NCBI GenBank assembly: GCA_963718875.1
Contig: OY970378.1
Span: 68,396-132,395 of the forward strand
From: Candidatus Parcubacteria bacterium
GTDB lineage: Bacteria > Patescibacteriota > Saccharimonadia > UBA4664 > JBIOIQ01
Length of the DNA stretch: 64,000 nucleotides
Direction of reading: 5' to 3'
Made by a program: the position numbers and the translations under genes. Of this stretch, positions 12,071 through 22,158 are shown in pieces (the first letter of the stretch is position 1; every line of letters begins with the position of its first letter). The notes beneath the pieces were generated by a model. The model made no database searches. It had not been told where the DNA came from and saw nothing but the letters and a program-made list of their open reading frames with translations.

Positions 12071-12992
12071 GCAGACACCGGCTGTCACTGTTGTGACGCC
12101 TATATATAATGGGATTGAGCACACCATTCCTTACCTTCGATCACTAAAAAAAGTAAAATATTCATACTTAGAAATTGTAATTGTAGACGACGGTTCTACG
12201 GATGGATCGGCTGAAAAGATTCGAGCAGAGTTTCCGGACGTTGTGGTTCTACAAGGAGATGGTTCGTTGTGGTGGTCCGGGGCAACAAACTTAGGAGTTA
12301 AATATGCACTTGAGCACAATGCCGATTATATATATACCGTCAATAATGACGTAGAGCTTGAATCTGGGTCAATTGGAAATTTAGTAAAGCTGGCGAAAGA
12401 AAATCCAACTGCCCTTATTGGATCAATGGTCTGCTACCTTGGCGAGCCGGACAGAGTTTGGTATTGTGGGGCAGAGTTTGACAATAAAACCAAGGATTTA
12501 ATTCACCGCTCTGGCTCGCGCGATCAATTCACTAAAATGGAGTCTTCTGAATGGCTAGCAGGTATGGGCGTGTTAGTCCCAGCTAGGGCATATGCGGATG
12601 TAGGGCTGTACGACCAATTAAATTTCCCTCAATATTTTGGTGACGCCGACTTTTCACTGCGGGCCAAAGCCCAAGGCTATTCGCTTTTGGTTGCCCCTTC
12701 AAGCGTGGTACTTGTAGACGACACTTCGTCTTGGGTGTTCAAAGCTTTCGAAAAAGGCTCCTGGAGTTTCATTTTTGAAGCCCTGGGTTCAATAAAATCT
12801 CAATACAACTTCAAGGTCAGATATAAATTTTACCGACGATATTGGCCAGGGTCGTGGCTAGGGGCTCTGTCTGGTTTTTATATTCACTTTACTAGCACTA
12901 TGTTAATCCCCTTCATAAAAATGAAAACTAAGCGGATCATATTAAGACTGTTTCCTTTTTTAGCTCGCTTTGAAAAAGGTGACCAGCAATGA
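12060..12992 (+). CDS. glycosyltransferase family 2
   Basis: VTVVTPIYNGIEHTIPYLRSL...EIVIVDDGSTDGS is GT2 GT-A fold with a DxD region; overlaps neighbours on both sides. Confidence 0.75.
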   Translation: METKQTPAVTVVTPIYNGIEHTIPYLRSLKKVKYSYLEIVIVDDGSTDGSAEKIRAEFPDVVVLQGDGSLWWSGATNLGVKYALEHNADYIYTVNNDVELESGSIGNLVKLAKENPTALIGSMVCYLGEPDRVWYCGAEFDNKTKDLIHRSGSRDQFTKMESSEWLAGMGVLVPARAYADVGLYDQLNFPQYFGDADFSLRAKAQGYSLLVAPSSVVLVDDTSSWVFKAFEKGSWSFIFEALGSIKSQYNFKVRYKFYRRYWPGSWLGALSGFYIHFTSTMLIPFIKMKTKRIILRLFPFLARFEKGDQQ

Positions 12993-14002
12993 GCGTGCGG
13001 CATTTTGGCCCAAAAGACAAAGGCAATAACGGGGTAGCCAAGTATTCTACAATCATCGACGGGATAATTGATACCTTGCCAAAGCATTTAAACAATATTG
13101 AGCATTTTGAGCTTGGTTATACCGGACATAGAGAGTTATGGATGGCTCTTTCGGCGATAAGGAAGCATAACTCCAAAATTGTTCTTACATTGCATGATCC
13201 GCTTATTGTAACGGGCAAGCCATTTTACAAATATTTGCCTGGTAGCTTTCTAATAGTGAAGTTAATTAGAAAAGTGCTCGATGTAAGCTTTGGCAAACTG
13301 ATAATTCGGGAAGTAGTCAGAAAAGCTTCGGCCATAATAGTTTTAAACCCGCTGGCGAAGCCCGAAGTCGCAAAGCGATTTAATGTGCCTCCACAAAAGA
13401 TTCATAGCCTGCCTCTTCCTCCATTGCTACAGAGCGCACCGAGCGCTAACTCAAAGGGTTTTAATATATTAACTTTTGGTAATCTATCTCCACGCAAAGG
13501 GGTCGACTTATTAATTGAGGCCTTTGCCGGAGCTTTCGCGGATGATAAAAGAGCGAGCTTGGTGGTTGTGGGCGGATGCAAGGGGGAAGAAAAATATATG
13601 CAAAAGCTAGAGGCCATGAGCCACGGCATGAATGTGGCTTTTAAAGGTAGCCTTTCGGACAATGATTTAGCAACGGACATTGGAAAAGCTAATGTAGTGG
13701 TGTTACCTTACTATGACCCCGGGATTATACACGCCAGCGGACCACTAATTGCTGCTATGGCAGCCGGTAAAGCAGTAGTAGCATCACGTATACCTATTTT
13801 TGAAGGGGTAATGGAAGACGGAAAAACTGGTCTGCTTTTTGAGGAAGGTGATGCTAGCGACCTTAAGATAAAGTTATTGGAGCTAAAGAATGATCAAGCT
13901 TTAGCAAAGCGTATTGGGCAAGCCGCAGAGCAACATATACGCAAGTATCACAACCTGGATATAATTAAAAAACAGTTAATAACCACATACGAGTCACTAT
14001 GA
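12989..14002 (+). CDS. glycosyltransferase family 4
   Basis: GT-B C-terminal domain (LIAAMAAGKAVVASRIPIFEGVMEDGKTGLLFEEGD). Confidence 0.65.
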   Translation: MSVRHFGPKDKGNNGVAKYSTIIDGIIDTLPKHLNNIEHFELGYTGHRELWMALSAIRKHNSKIVLTLHDPLIVTGKPFYKYLPGSFLIVKLIRKVLDVSFGKLIIREVVRKASAIIVLNPLAKPEVAKRFNVPPQKIHSLPLPPLLQSAPSANSKGFNILTFGNLSPRKGVDLLIEAFAGAFADDKRASLVVVGGCKGEEKYMQKLEAMSHGMNVAFKGSLSDNDLATDIGKANVVVLPYYDPGIIHASGPLIAAMAAGKAVVASRIPIFEGVMEDGKTGLLFEEGDASDLKIKLLELKNDQALAKRIGQAAEQHIRKYHNLDIIKKQLITTYESL

Positions 14003-15150
14003 AAATTGGCGTTGAAACATCGGTACTAATTCGAAAACAAAAAACAGGGGTAGAAAACTATACTCTTAATATTCTTAGAGAAGTTGTTAAGCAAATGCCT
14101 AATGACCAGTTTTACATGACTTATATCAGCTTTATTACAAAAAAATCGGCTGATCTTGGCGTTCGTGGTCCAAATGTTTTTCAAAGAAAAATTAATCTAC
14201 TCCCGGGGAGACTTTATCATTTGTTCGTTCGTAAACTGGTTGGGATTCCATATGATTTTCTAGCTTTGTTGAAGCCAGATATTTTCTTTTTTCCAAATTT
14301 TATTAGGTGGCCATTAGCCTGGACAAAAAAATCCGTAATCGTTGTTTATGACTTATCTTTCTTAAAAGCTAGTGAATACGCCACAAAAAGCTTTCGAGAG
14401 TATATGACCAAAATTGTGCCAAAATCCATTCGGCAGGCGTCCCAGGTAGTGGCAATTTCTGAGAGCACAAAACGGGAAATTATTAATGAGTATGGGACTG
14501 ACCCAAATAAAATAACCGTGATTTACCCGGCGGTTGACCATGAATTTTTTCGGCCCGCCAGTAGCAACGAGGTGGAGGATGTAAAGCAAAAGTTCCAGAT
14601 TGAGGGGCCGTATATTTTGAGTGTGGGCACTCAAGAACCACGTAAAAATTTGCTCGGGCTACTCAAAGCTTACGCTAAGCTCGACGAAAAGATTCTTAGC
14701 AGCCATACTCTTGTGCTTACCGGGGGCAAAGGCTGGCTGGATCAGGAGCTTAATAGCTTGTACGATAATTTAATTAAAAACTATAGCATCATCCGTACTG
14801 GGTACGTTGACGAAAAAGATTTACCAGCACTTTTTACAGGGGCCAGCGTTTTTGCTTACCCAGCTTTTTATGAAGGCTTTGGCATGCCTCCACTTGAAGC
14901 CATGGCCTGTGGTACGCCGGTGATAACGTCTAATAATACTTCCTTACCCGAAGTTGTGGGAGATGCCGGCCTGATGGTTGGTGCACATAACATTGACGAA
15001 TTGACGGCTGCCCTGACTCGTGTGCTAAGCGACGAAAAGCTGGCCCAAAAAATGTCAAAAGCCGGGCTGGAACAGTCCAAAAAGTTTGTCTGGAGTCACG
15101 AAGCCGCAAAACTAGTAAAAGTTTTTGATGGGCTTGGTAAATCAAAATGA
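13999..15150 (+). CDS. glycosyltransferase family 4
   Basis: [40 protein letters not shown]4 motif. Confidence 0.8.
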   Translation: MKIGVETSVLIRKQKTGVENYTLNILREVVKQMPNDQFYMTYISFITKKSADLGVRGPNVFQRKINLLPGRLYHLFVRKLVGIPYDFLALLKPDIFFFPNFIRWPLAWTKKSVIVVYDLSFLKASEYATKSFREYMTKIVPKSIRQASQVVAISESTKREIINEYGTDPNKITVIYPAVDHEFFRPASSNEVEDVKQKFQIEGPYILSVGTQEPRKNLLGLLKAYAKLDEKILSSHTLVLTGGKGWLDQELNSLYDNLIKNYSIIRTGYVDEKDLPALFTGASVFAYPAFYEGFGMPPLEAMACGTPVITSNNTSLPEVVGDAGLMVGAHNIDELTAALTRVLSDEKLAQKMSKAGLEQSKKFVWSHEAAKLVKVFDGLGKSK

Positions 15151-16067
15151 AAGCTTTAGTTACTGGCGCCAATGGTTTTGTGGGCCAACACTTAGTGGAT
15201 TTGCTCATTGGCGATAAGGTTAGGGTGGTTGCAACTGGGCAGAGCCCTACTAGCCCTTTTGGTGAAGGTGTTGAATATGTTTGCGTTGACCTTATGGATG
15301 ATAATAAGGTAAAAACCTTGCCATTAGCTGATGTCGGTGTCGTTTTTCACTTGGCTGGGTTAGCCGCCATTGGCCCAAGCTTTGAGATGCCTAGAAAATA
15401 CATTGAGACAAACGCCGGTATTCAAATTAATTTGTTTGAAGCGTGTTTGGCACAAAAGATTTTTCCTAGAGTTGTTGTGGTGAGTTCAGGGGCACTATAT
15501 GACCCTCACAATGTATTACCGCTAACGGAAAAGTCCGCCACCTCCCCTAACTCGCCCTATGCTGTTAGTAAACTGAGCCAAGAAGCTTTGGGTTATTATT
15601 ATGGCACTCGTGGATTTGAAGTAATAGTTGCCCGTCCATTTAATCACATTGGTCCGGGGCAAGGGCCGGGGTTTTTGGTGCCAGATTTGTGCAAGCAAAT
15701 CGTGGAGGCGGAACAGTCGAGTAAAAGCAAAATTAAAGTGGGAAATCTTGATTCAAAACGCGACTATACTGATGTACGTGACATCGTGCGGGCTTATGTG
15801 CTCTTGGCAGACAAAGGCACAGCTGGCGAAGTTTATAACGTTTGTAACGGTAGCTCGGTGTCTGGCAAAGAAATTCTTAATCAACTGCTGGCTTTATCTG
15901 ACGCGGCCATTACTGTAGAGGAGGATGCGGATAAATTGCGCCCCTCTGACATTCCTGATCTTTATGGCGACTACTCAAAGCTGCATCAAGCGACCGGCTG
16001 GCAGCCGCAAATTCCACTAGATCAGACTTTGAAGGACACTTTAGAATTTTGGCGTAAGCGAGCTTAG
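15147..16067 (+). CDS. rmd: GDP-4-dehydro-6-deoxy-D-mannose reductase (Rmd-like NAD-dependent epimerase/reductase)
   Basis: TGANGFVGQHL Rossmann motif, SPYAVSKL catalytic YxxxK, ARPFNHIGPGQ and YNVCNG, all strongly reminiscent of Rmd (GDP-D-rhamnose synthesis). Confidence 0.65.
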   Translation: MKALVTGANGFVGQHLVDLLIGDKVRVVATGQSPTSPFGEGVEYVCVDLMDDNKVKTLPLADVGVVFHLAGLAAIGPSFEMPRKYIETNAGIQINLFEACLAQKIFPRVVVVSSGALYDPHNVLPLTEKSATSPNSPYAVSKLSQEALGYYYGTRGFEVIVARPFNHIGPGQGPGFLVPDLCKQIVEAEQSSKSKIKVGNLDSKRDYTDVRDIVRAYVLLADKGTAGEVYNVCNGSSVSGKEILNQLLALSDAAITVEEDADKLRPSDIPDLYGDYSKLHQATGWQPQIPLDQTLKDTLEFWRKRA

Positions 16068-16089
16068 ACGGGAGGGCTTGGAAAGAGGT

Positions 16090-17103
16090 CTATTGTTTAA
16101 TTTTGGCGCCCTCAATTTTTAGGTCGTGTTCGACCATCATTTTGACTAGCCCAGGAAAGTCCACTTGACGCTTCCAACCCAAGACTTTTTCCGCTTTAGT
16201 GGCATTCCCTAGCAGCAAGTCGACTTCAGACGGGCGCATAAAAGCTGGATCTTGTTTAACATACTTTTTCCAGTCATTGACCCCAATCGCTTTGAACGAG
16301 AGAGCTAAAAACTCTTTGATGTCGTGGGTCTCTCCTGTAGCTAAAACGTAATCATCCGGTTCCGTTTGTTGCAGCATACGCCACATACCTTCGACATAAT
16401 CCCCCGCGTAACCCCAGTCTCTCTTGGCATCCAAATTGCCGAGGATAATTTCTTCTTGAAGCCCTAGCTTGATTCTGGCTACCGCTTGGCTGATTTTACG
16501 GGTTACAAATTCTGGACCGCGTCGGGGGCCTTCATGATTAAACAAGATCCCACAACTGATGTGCATACCGTAACTTTCGCGGTAATTGCGGCTAATCCAG
16601 TGGCCATAAAGCTTGGCTACGCCATAGGGGCTGCGGGGATGGAAGGTAGCGGTTTCGTCGTACCCGGTGTCGGGGCGGTTATACGCCAGGCCGCCGAACA
16701 TTTCGGAAGTTGAAGCTTGGTAAAATCGAACGGTTGGTTCGCCACCAGATAGCCGGATTGCTTCCAGCATATTGAGAACGCCGCCTCCAGTAACTTGGTG
16801 CGTCAGGATTGGGTCGCGGAATGAGTAGCCGACATGGCTGATAGCCGCCAAGTTATAAACCTCATTTGCCTGAGACTCCTGCATTGCTCGAACCAGTGAG
16901 GATAAATCGAGCAGATCCGCCATTATGAGATTAACGTAGGGCATTTCCTGCTTAACAGCTTTGTAACGCGGGTGGCTGGCTTCCATTTGACCACGGATGA
17001 TGCCATAGACCTCATAGCCTTTTTGGTGTAAAAGCTCTGCTAAGTGGCCTCCGTCTTGACCTGCAATTCCGGTAATAAGTGCGCGCTTAGTAGGTTGTGA
17101 CAT
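16090..17103 (-). CDS. gmd: GDP-mannose 4,6-dehydratase
   Basis: MSQPTKRALITGIAGQDGGHLAELLHQKGYEVYGIIRG plus a conserved Gmd core along 337 aa. Confidence 0.9.
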   Translation of the reverse strand: MSQPTKRALITGIAGQDGGHLAELLHQKGYEVYGIIRGQMEASHPRYKAVKQEMPYVNLIMADLLDLSSLVRAMQESQANEVYNLAAISHVGYSFRDPILTHQVTGGGVLNMLEAIRLSGGEPTVRFYQASTSEMFGGLAYNRPDTGYDETATFHPRSPYGVAKLYGHWISRNYRESYGMHISCGILFNHEGPRRGPEFVTRKISQAVARIKLGLQEEIILGNLDAKRDWGYAGDYVEGMWRMLQQTEPDDYVLATGETHDIKEFLALSFKAIGVNDWKKYVKQDPAFMRPSEVDLLLGNATKAEKVLGWKRQVDFPGLVKMMVEHDLKIEGAKIKQ

Positions 17104-17149
17104 CGTGTCCTTTCGTAAAGTACTGCTTTAAAGATTTTCTCTGCTCCAG

Positions 17150-17215
17150 ATACAAAAGTCAAACACATGGCTCGTATGCCGCTACCCGTAATCCGTCTTC
17201 CGTCGCCTTGCCGCG
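17150..17215. repeat. ~65-bp direct repeat, copy 1, flanking the BrnTA cassette
   Basis: ATGGCTCGTATGCCGCTACCCGT...TCCGTCGCC...GCGGC.TGC.GA.AAC recurs at 17835-17905 on the other side of the TA pair. Confidence 0.6.
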
Positions 17216-17235
17216 GCTTGCAGATAACCTATAGC

Positions 17236-17496
17236 TTACTTATTGGCAAAACGGTGCAAAACAGAGCTAACCAGAGTCTGATATGGTAACCCGTTTTCGG
17301 CTGCCTTGGCCTTGATTTTAAGTAAAGCTTTTTCCGACAAGCGAATATTAATATTTTTGGTTTTGCCTAAACTTTCTTTGGCAACCAGCTGAAAACGCTT
17401 TTGCTCTTCTTCTAAATTGCCAACACTGGCAAACTCGCCCTGTTCTACGTCGTCCAGGATCTGTTGCTCTTCTTGGCTAAGTTCATAAAACTTCAT
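17236..17496 (-). CDS. brnA: BrnA-type antitoxin (ribbon-helix-helix)
   Basis: 86 aa; C-terminal NINIRLSEKALLKIKAKAAENGLPYQTLVSSVLHRF is typical of BrnA; overlaps the upstream toxin gene by 4 nt. Confidence 0.7.
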   Translation of the reverse strand: MKFYELSQEEQQILDDVEQGEFASVGNLEEEQKRFQLVAKESLGKTKNINIRLSEKALLKIKAKAAENGLPYQTLVSSVLHRFANK

Positions 17497-17783
17497 GACT
17501 TTTTCCTTCTATCAATTAAGTATTTTTTGGTGGCTTTTCTACTGGAGATAATGGTTTTTAGGAAAATTTTTTGTTCATCCTCCACAAAAGGCACGAGGTA
17601 GACATACTCGTATATTTCTACAATCAATACCCGCTGGTTTTTATATTTGGTTTTATTGTGATGCTCTACAATGTCCAATATTTTTCGATCTTCGATGGCA
17701 AGCTCAACCTCTTCAAAAGAAGTATTACGTTCTATCTTTAGCGATTGATTCTTATCATTATCCCAATCAAAATATTTCATCAA
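17493..17783 (-). CDS. brnT: BrnT-type toxin (DUF497 ribonuclease)
   Basis: 96 aa, MKYFDWDNDKNQSLKIERNTSFEEVELAIED...RVLIVEI signature. Confidence 0.65.
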   Translation of the reverse strand: MMKYFDWDNDKNQSLKIERNTSFEEVELAIEDRKILDIVEHHNKTKYKNQRVLIVEIYEYVYLVPFVEDEQKIFLKTIISSRKATKKYLIDRRKKS

Positions 17784-17834
17784 TCAAATTGTATGACAAC
17801 TAGTATGTAATGTCAATAATTCTGAGTAAATTGA

Positions 17835-17905
17835 GTATGGCTCGTATGCCGCTACCCGTGCTTACGCTTTCCGTCGCCATATGCGGCCTGCGGAGAACGG
17901 AGAAA
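17835..17905. repeat. ~65-bp direct repeat, copy 2, flanking the BrnTA cassette
   Basis: Shares a 23-bp identical core (ATGGCTCGTATGCCGCTACCCGT) and further motifs with 17150-17215. Confidence 0.6.
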
Positions 17906-17917
17906 CGGAGGTAGCAT

Positions 17918-19243
17918 ATGATAGAATACCTGGGTATGAAATTCCTCAAGAAATACTGGATTTACTTTTTAGTCGCTTCCCTACCCTTTGAACGAATCCC
18001 CTCTTTCAATATTTCACTCCAAGGCCGTAGCGTAACTGTGAGGCTGAGTTATATTGTGGCGGTACTTGGGCTGGTGCTGTTTGGGAAACAGCTTTTAAAG
18101 GTGCTTAAATGGCGTTGGACCTCTCCTGTGTCGTGGTTATTGCTGTATCTTTTTGTAGCCTTCCTTTCTACTATTGCGGCGCTTGATGTTGCGAGAGCAG
18201 TAATAGCGTTGGTGGCCAGCTTAATTACGATTGGAACGGGGCTTGTTGTAGCCCAGGTCGTAAAGCCCAACATGATGCCACAGATTTACCGCGTCCTGTC
18301 AGTTGTAACGGTTGTAGCTTGTTTAATAGGACTTTACCAATTCTTTGGTGACAGTTTTGGTCTTTCACCGAGCCTAACTGGTTTGACGCCGAATTATGTC
18401 CATAAAGTGTTTGGTTTTCCTAGGATTCAATCAACTGGTTTAGAGCCGCTTTTTTTTGGTAATTTCCTTTTAATCCCGTTTGGATTAACTTTGGCCAAAA
18501 TCTTAGGTAATCGTTACAGTAAATGGACTGCATTACTTTTGATATTAATCACGATCACAATTGTTCTAACCCTGTCACGTGGCACCTTTTATGCGGCGTC
18601 GGCTGGCCTAATTGGTCTGGCTATCACCTTGGTTCGCCGCAACAGATTAAGAAGCGCTGGAGTTGCTTTAGCAGCATTACTGGGGGGAATAGGGATTGGA
18701 GTTGGTTTGATTGTGGCGGTTACAACTCTGAACCCTTACGAGGGGCGGAGTGGTAAAAAATCAATCCAACAGTTTGCTAAGCAATCAACCACCCTCAATG
18801 CTAGCGCAACTTCGGCTGATAGCGATCGGGTAGTTAATCGTCGACTGGCTGTTCAAGCCTTCGAAGCAAGTCCATTTTTAGGTAATGGCCTTGGTAATTT
18901 TGGAACTTACGTTCAAGCCACCAACCCTGACCTTTATGGTCCTCGTACTTCTAAGGTAGTGGTAAACAATGAATACCTAGAGGTGTTGGCGGAAACTGGT
19001 ATTGCAGGGGCTTTTGCTTTAGTCGGCTTTGTGCTTAGTTTGGCTTGGACGGTATTCAAACGTGTAATATTTGTGATGGATGAAGAAAGGATGTGGTTAC
19101 TTGGCCTGACTGCAGTCTGCGGCGGTTTTTTGATTCAGTTTTACGCGTTTTCCACTTTGTATGTGATGCATATTTGGGTAGCCGTTGGCTTGCTTATGGG
19201 GCTAGCCCAGTTTAATGGTCGGACGGCCAAAGATAGGGCTTAA
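17918..19243 (+). CDS. O-antigen ligase/polymerase family membrane protein (Wzy_C-like)
   Basis: 441 aa, ~10 TM helices with a large loop containing LSRGTFYAASAGLIGLA and NGLGNFGTY, consistent with the O-antigen ligase family. Confidence 0.6.
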   Translation: MIEYLGMKFLKKYWIYFLVASLPFERIPSFNISLQGRSVTVRLSYIVAVLGLVLFGKQLLKVLKWRWTSPVSWLLLYLFVAFLSTIAALDVARAVIALVASLITIGTGLVVAQVVKPNMMPQIYRVLSVVTVVACLIGLYQFFGDSFGLSPSLTGLTPNYVHKVFGFPRIQSTGLEPLFFGNFLLIPFGLTLAKILGNRYSKWTALLLILITITIVLTLSRGTFYAASAGLIGLAITLVRRNRLRSAGVALAALLGGIGIGVGLIVAVTTLNPYEGRSGKKSIQQFAKQSTTLNASATSADSDRVVNRRLAVQAFEASPFLGNGLGNFGTYVQATNPDLYGPRTSKVVVNNEYLEVLAETGIAGAFALVGFVLSLAWTVFKRVIFVMDEERMWLLGLTAVCGGFLIQFYAFSTLYVMHIWVAVGLLMGLAQFNGRTAKDRA

Positions 19244-19248
19244 GGCAT

Positions 19249-20388
19249 ATGAAAATTGTAATTGATGGGCGCATGCTGGCCTGGACTGGTATTGGGCGAT
19301 ATACCAGTGAGTTAATCCAAAATTTGGCAAAGATAGACAAAGACAACGACTATACCGTTTTACTTGATCCAAAAGATGCAGATAAGCTTGGTGCGTTACC
19401 GACCAACTTTGAAAAAAGAGTTGTAAATATTAGGCCTTATGGATTACAAGAACAGCTGGTGTTGCCATTTATTCTGTACAAACTACGGCCAGACTTGGTT
19501 CATTTTGTGCATTTTACCGCTCCTCCTTTGTATTTTGGTAAACGGGCGGTAACTGTTCATGACCTGACTCTGGTACGCTACAAGACACATCGTGGAACAG
19601 GATTTAAGCGTCTTGTATTTGAACTTAAGTACTGGATTATGCGCTTTCTATTACGCTGCTCAGTAATGCGAGCTGACGCGGTTTTGACTGATACCGAATG
19701 GGTTAAGCGAGATATTTTGAGCTTTTATAGGCATTCGGTTTTCCGCAAGCTTTTAGAAGGTAAAATAACTGCTACCTTGCTATCAATTAGCTCTTCAGCT
19801 ACACAGATTGATGCTAGTAAGGCAAGCATTAAGATTGATGAACCGTTTTTGCTCTATGTCGGAAACTATTACCCCAATAAAAATATATTCACTTTGTTAA
19901 GCGTTTTTGAACGGCTACGAGCCGCCCGACCCAAACTAAGGCTGGTATTAGTCGGCCCCAAGGATTATTTTTTAGAGCAAGCGAAACTCCAAATCACAAA
20001 AATGGGACTAAACGACTCCGTGACTGTAACCGGGTGGATCACAGATGCGGACTTGGCCTGGTTATATAAAAAAGCGGCGTTATTTGTATTTCCGTCGCTA
20101 TCCGAAGGGTTTGGGATGCCACCGCTAGAAGCTATGGCTGCTGGCACCCCAGTAATATCGTCTGATTCAACTTGCCTGCCAGAGGTTTTGGGAGATGCGG
20201 CGGCTTACCTTGACCCTACTGATCCCCAAGACATGGAAACTAAAATAGATGCCCTGCTAAAAAACGACAAAGAGTTAGGGCGGCTGCGTAAAGCCGGTTA
20301 TGAGCGGGTTAAGCTTTTTTCTTGGCACCGAACAGCTAAGCAGACTCTGGATGTGTACCGGAAGGTTCTTTTCGCGAATAATGAATAA
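19249..20388 (+). CDS. glycosyltransferase family 4
   Basis: [38 protein letters not shown]. Confidence 0.8.
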   Translation: MKIVIDGRMLAWTGIGRYTSELIQNLAKIDKDNDYTVLLDPKDADKLGALPTNFEKRVVNIRPYGLQEQLVLPFILYKLRPDLVHFVHFTAPPLYFGKRAVTVHDLTLVRYKTHRGTGFKRLVFELKYWIMRFLLRCSVMRADAVLTDTEWVKRDILSFYRHSVFRKLLEGKITATLLSISSSATQIDASKASIKIDEPFLLYVGNYYPNKNIFTLLSVFERLRAARPKLRLVLVGPKDYFLEQAKLQITKMGLNDSVTVTGWITDADLAWLYKKAALFVFPSLSEGFGMPPLEAMAAGTPVISSDSTCLPEVLGDAAAYLDPTDPQDMETKIDALLKNDKELGRLRKAGYERVKLFSWHRTAKQTLDVYRKVLFANNE

Positions 20389-20563
20389 GGAATTATAAAT
20401 TAGGTTTACCGAAGCGCTTGCCTGAGCTTGTCGAATACTAAGTAGGCGCCGTGCCCAGCCCTTCGACCCTTCGATTACGCTCAGGCCAGGCAGGCTCAGG
20501 GAGTAAAATGGAGGCATTGTAAGCGCCGTGATTCTTGATTCTTAATTCATGATTCGTTAGTGC

Positions 20564-21955
20564 TTACTTGCCGATGCAGAAATTACTAAAAATCTGGTCA
20601 ATCACGGCCTTGTTGACCGATTCGCCAAGTAGTCCACTTAGCTTTTCAGCAGCAATGGTTAGCTCACCAGCTAGAACATCGAATGGGGCCCCGTCATGCA
20701 GGGCGTGGGAGGCTCGACCAAGTCCTTCATTGGCTTCTTTAAGGCCGTTAAGCTGACGAGCGCTGGTAACAAAAGCGGATTCGACCTTAACTGAACCTGT
20801 ACCTATTTGATAAAGTTTTTGTCGCAAATTATCCAGCCCCTTGCCCGTCTTGGCCGAGGTTTGGATTACAACCGTAGGTTTGAATGGCCAGGCTATACCA
20901 AGTCTTGGGTCTTGAGTCTTGAGTCTTGAGGGGGGTGCGTCATCGGCCATGTCTATTTTGGTTTGAACACCAATCACTGGCGTTCCCGGAGTAAGTCTTA
21001 AGCTCTCAAACTGTTCTAGCAACTGGCCCATGTTTTGCTCGGCGCTAGCTGCCACCAGCAGTACGTCGGCCTGACGAGACTGAGCTTGGCTGCGGGCTAC
21101 CCCCTGTTGCTCGACAATTTCGGCGGCCTCCCGCAATCCGGCTGTATCAACAAACACTACTCCCAGCCCATGGATAGAGATACTCTCTTCCAGGGTATCG
21201 CGAGTGGTGCCAGCTAAGTCAGCTACAATAGCACGCTCGTATCCAACCAGGGCATTGAGCAGACTCGACTTTCCAGCGTTGGGCAGGCCAACAATTGCAA
21301 CTCTAAGCCCGTCCTTGGCAATTAAAGCCGTCTTAGCATTATCAAGCCACAAGGAAATGACATTCTGCAGCCCTTGTAAATCAGTCGCGATGGTGGCTGG
21401 GTCAAGATCAGGAATGTCTTCTTCGCCAAAGTCGAGGTTGGCCGATATCTTGGCGATGAGATCTACAATGTCTCCCCGCACTTGTTCGATCTGCCGCGAC
21501 ACCACGCCAGAAACTTTTCGCTCTGCTAGGAGCAATGCCGCTTCTGTATTGGCATCAATTAAATCGGCAACGGCCTCTGCTTGCATAAGGTCTAGTTTGC
21601 CATTTAAGTAGGCGCGCTTGGTAAATTCACCTGGTTCGGCCAACCGAGCACCGGCGGCCATAGCACCAGAAATAAGTTTTTCGACCACAGCCGTGCTCGC
21701 ATGCAGCTGCAGTTCAACAACGTCTTCGCCGGTGTAGGAGTTGGGAGCCGGCATGGCTACAACTAACGCTTGATCAATTGCCTCATCATTGGATTGTGCA
21801 GAACCCAAAATGAGCTCACGCGGACGCTGCCAGGCTAACTTAGAGCGGTTGTGCAAAGACAAACTTATGGCCTCAGCTTGTGGTCCGCTGAGTCTTATTA
21901 CGGCAATCCCTCCCCTCCCGGGTGGCGTTGCCAAAGCTACAATAGTGTCATTCAT
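20564..21955 (-). CDS. mnmE: tRNA modification GTPase MnmE
   Basis: N-terminal DTIVALATPPGRGGIAVIRLSG, G-domain GLPNAGKSSLLNAL...DTAGLRE, C-terminal CIGK. Contains a 7-bp x4 tandem repeat at 20901-20928 inside the coding region. Confidence 0.9.
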   Translation of the reverse strand: MNDTIVALATPPGRGGIAVIRLSGPQAEAISLSLHNRSKLAWQRPRELILGSAQSNDEAIDQALVVAMPAPNSYTGEDVVELQLHASTAVVEKLISGAMAAGARLAEPGEFTKRAYLNGKLDLMQAEAVADLIDANTEAALLLAERKVSGVVSRQIEQVRGDIVDLIAKISANLDFGEEDIPDLDPATIATDLQGLQNVISLWLDNAKTALIAKDGLRVAIVGLPNAGKSSLLNALVGYERAIVADLAGTTRDTLEESISIHGLGVVFVDTAGLREAAEIVEQQGVARSQAQSRQADVLLVAASAEQNMGQLLEQFESLRLTPGTPVIGVQTKIDMADDAPPSRLKTQDPRLGIAWPFKPTVVIQTSAKTGKGLDNLRQKLYQIGTGSVKVESAFVTSARQLNGLKEANEGLGRASHALHDGAPFDVLAGELTIAAEKLSGLLGESVNKAVIDQIFSNFCIGK

Positions 21956-22158
21956 GGGCTAAATTTGGCTCCTATGCTTAGCGCCCAAACCTGTCATCCC
22001 CTATCGGAAGGTCATTTTTACTTATCTGTAATATAACAATTGACCGCTCCGGATAGGGGAACCACCAGCCAATGTTGATCCTGAACGGTAGGAGCCTGCC
22101 TGCCGGCAGGCAGGCGGCCATTTAATACTGGTTTTCCTCTTTTAGGATGACAAAAGAG

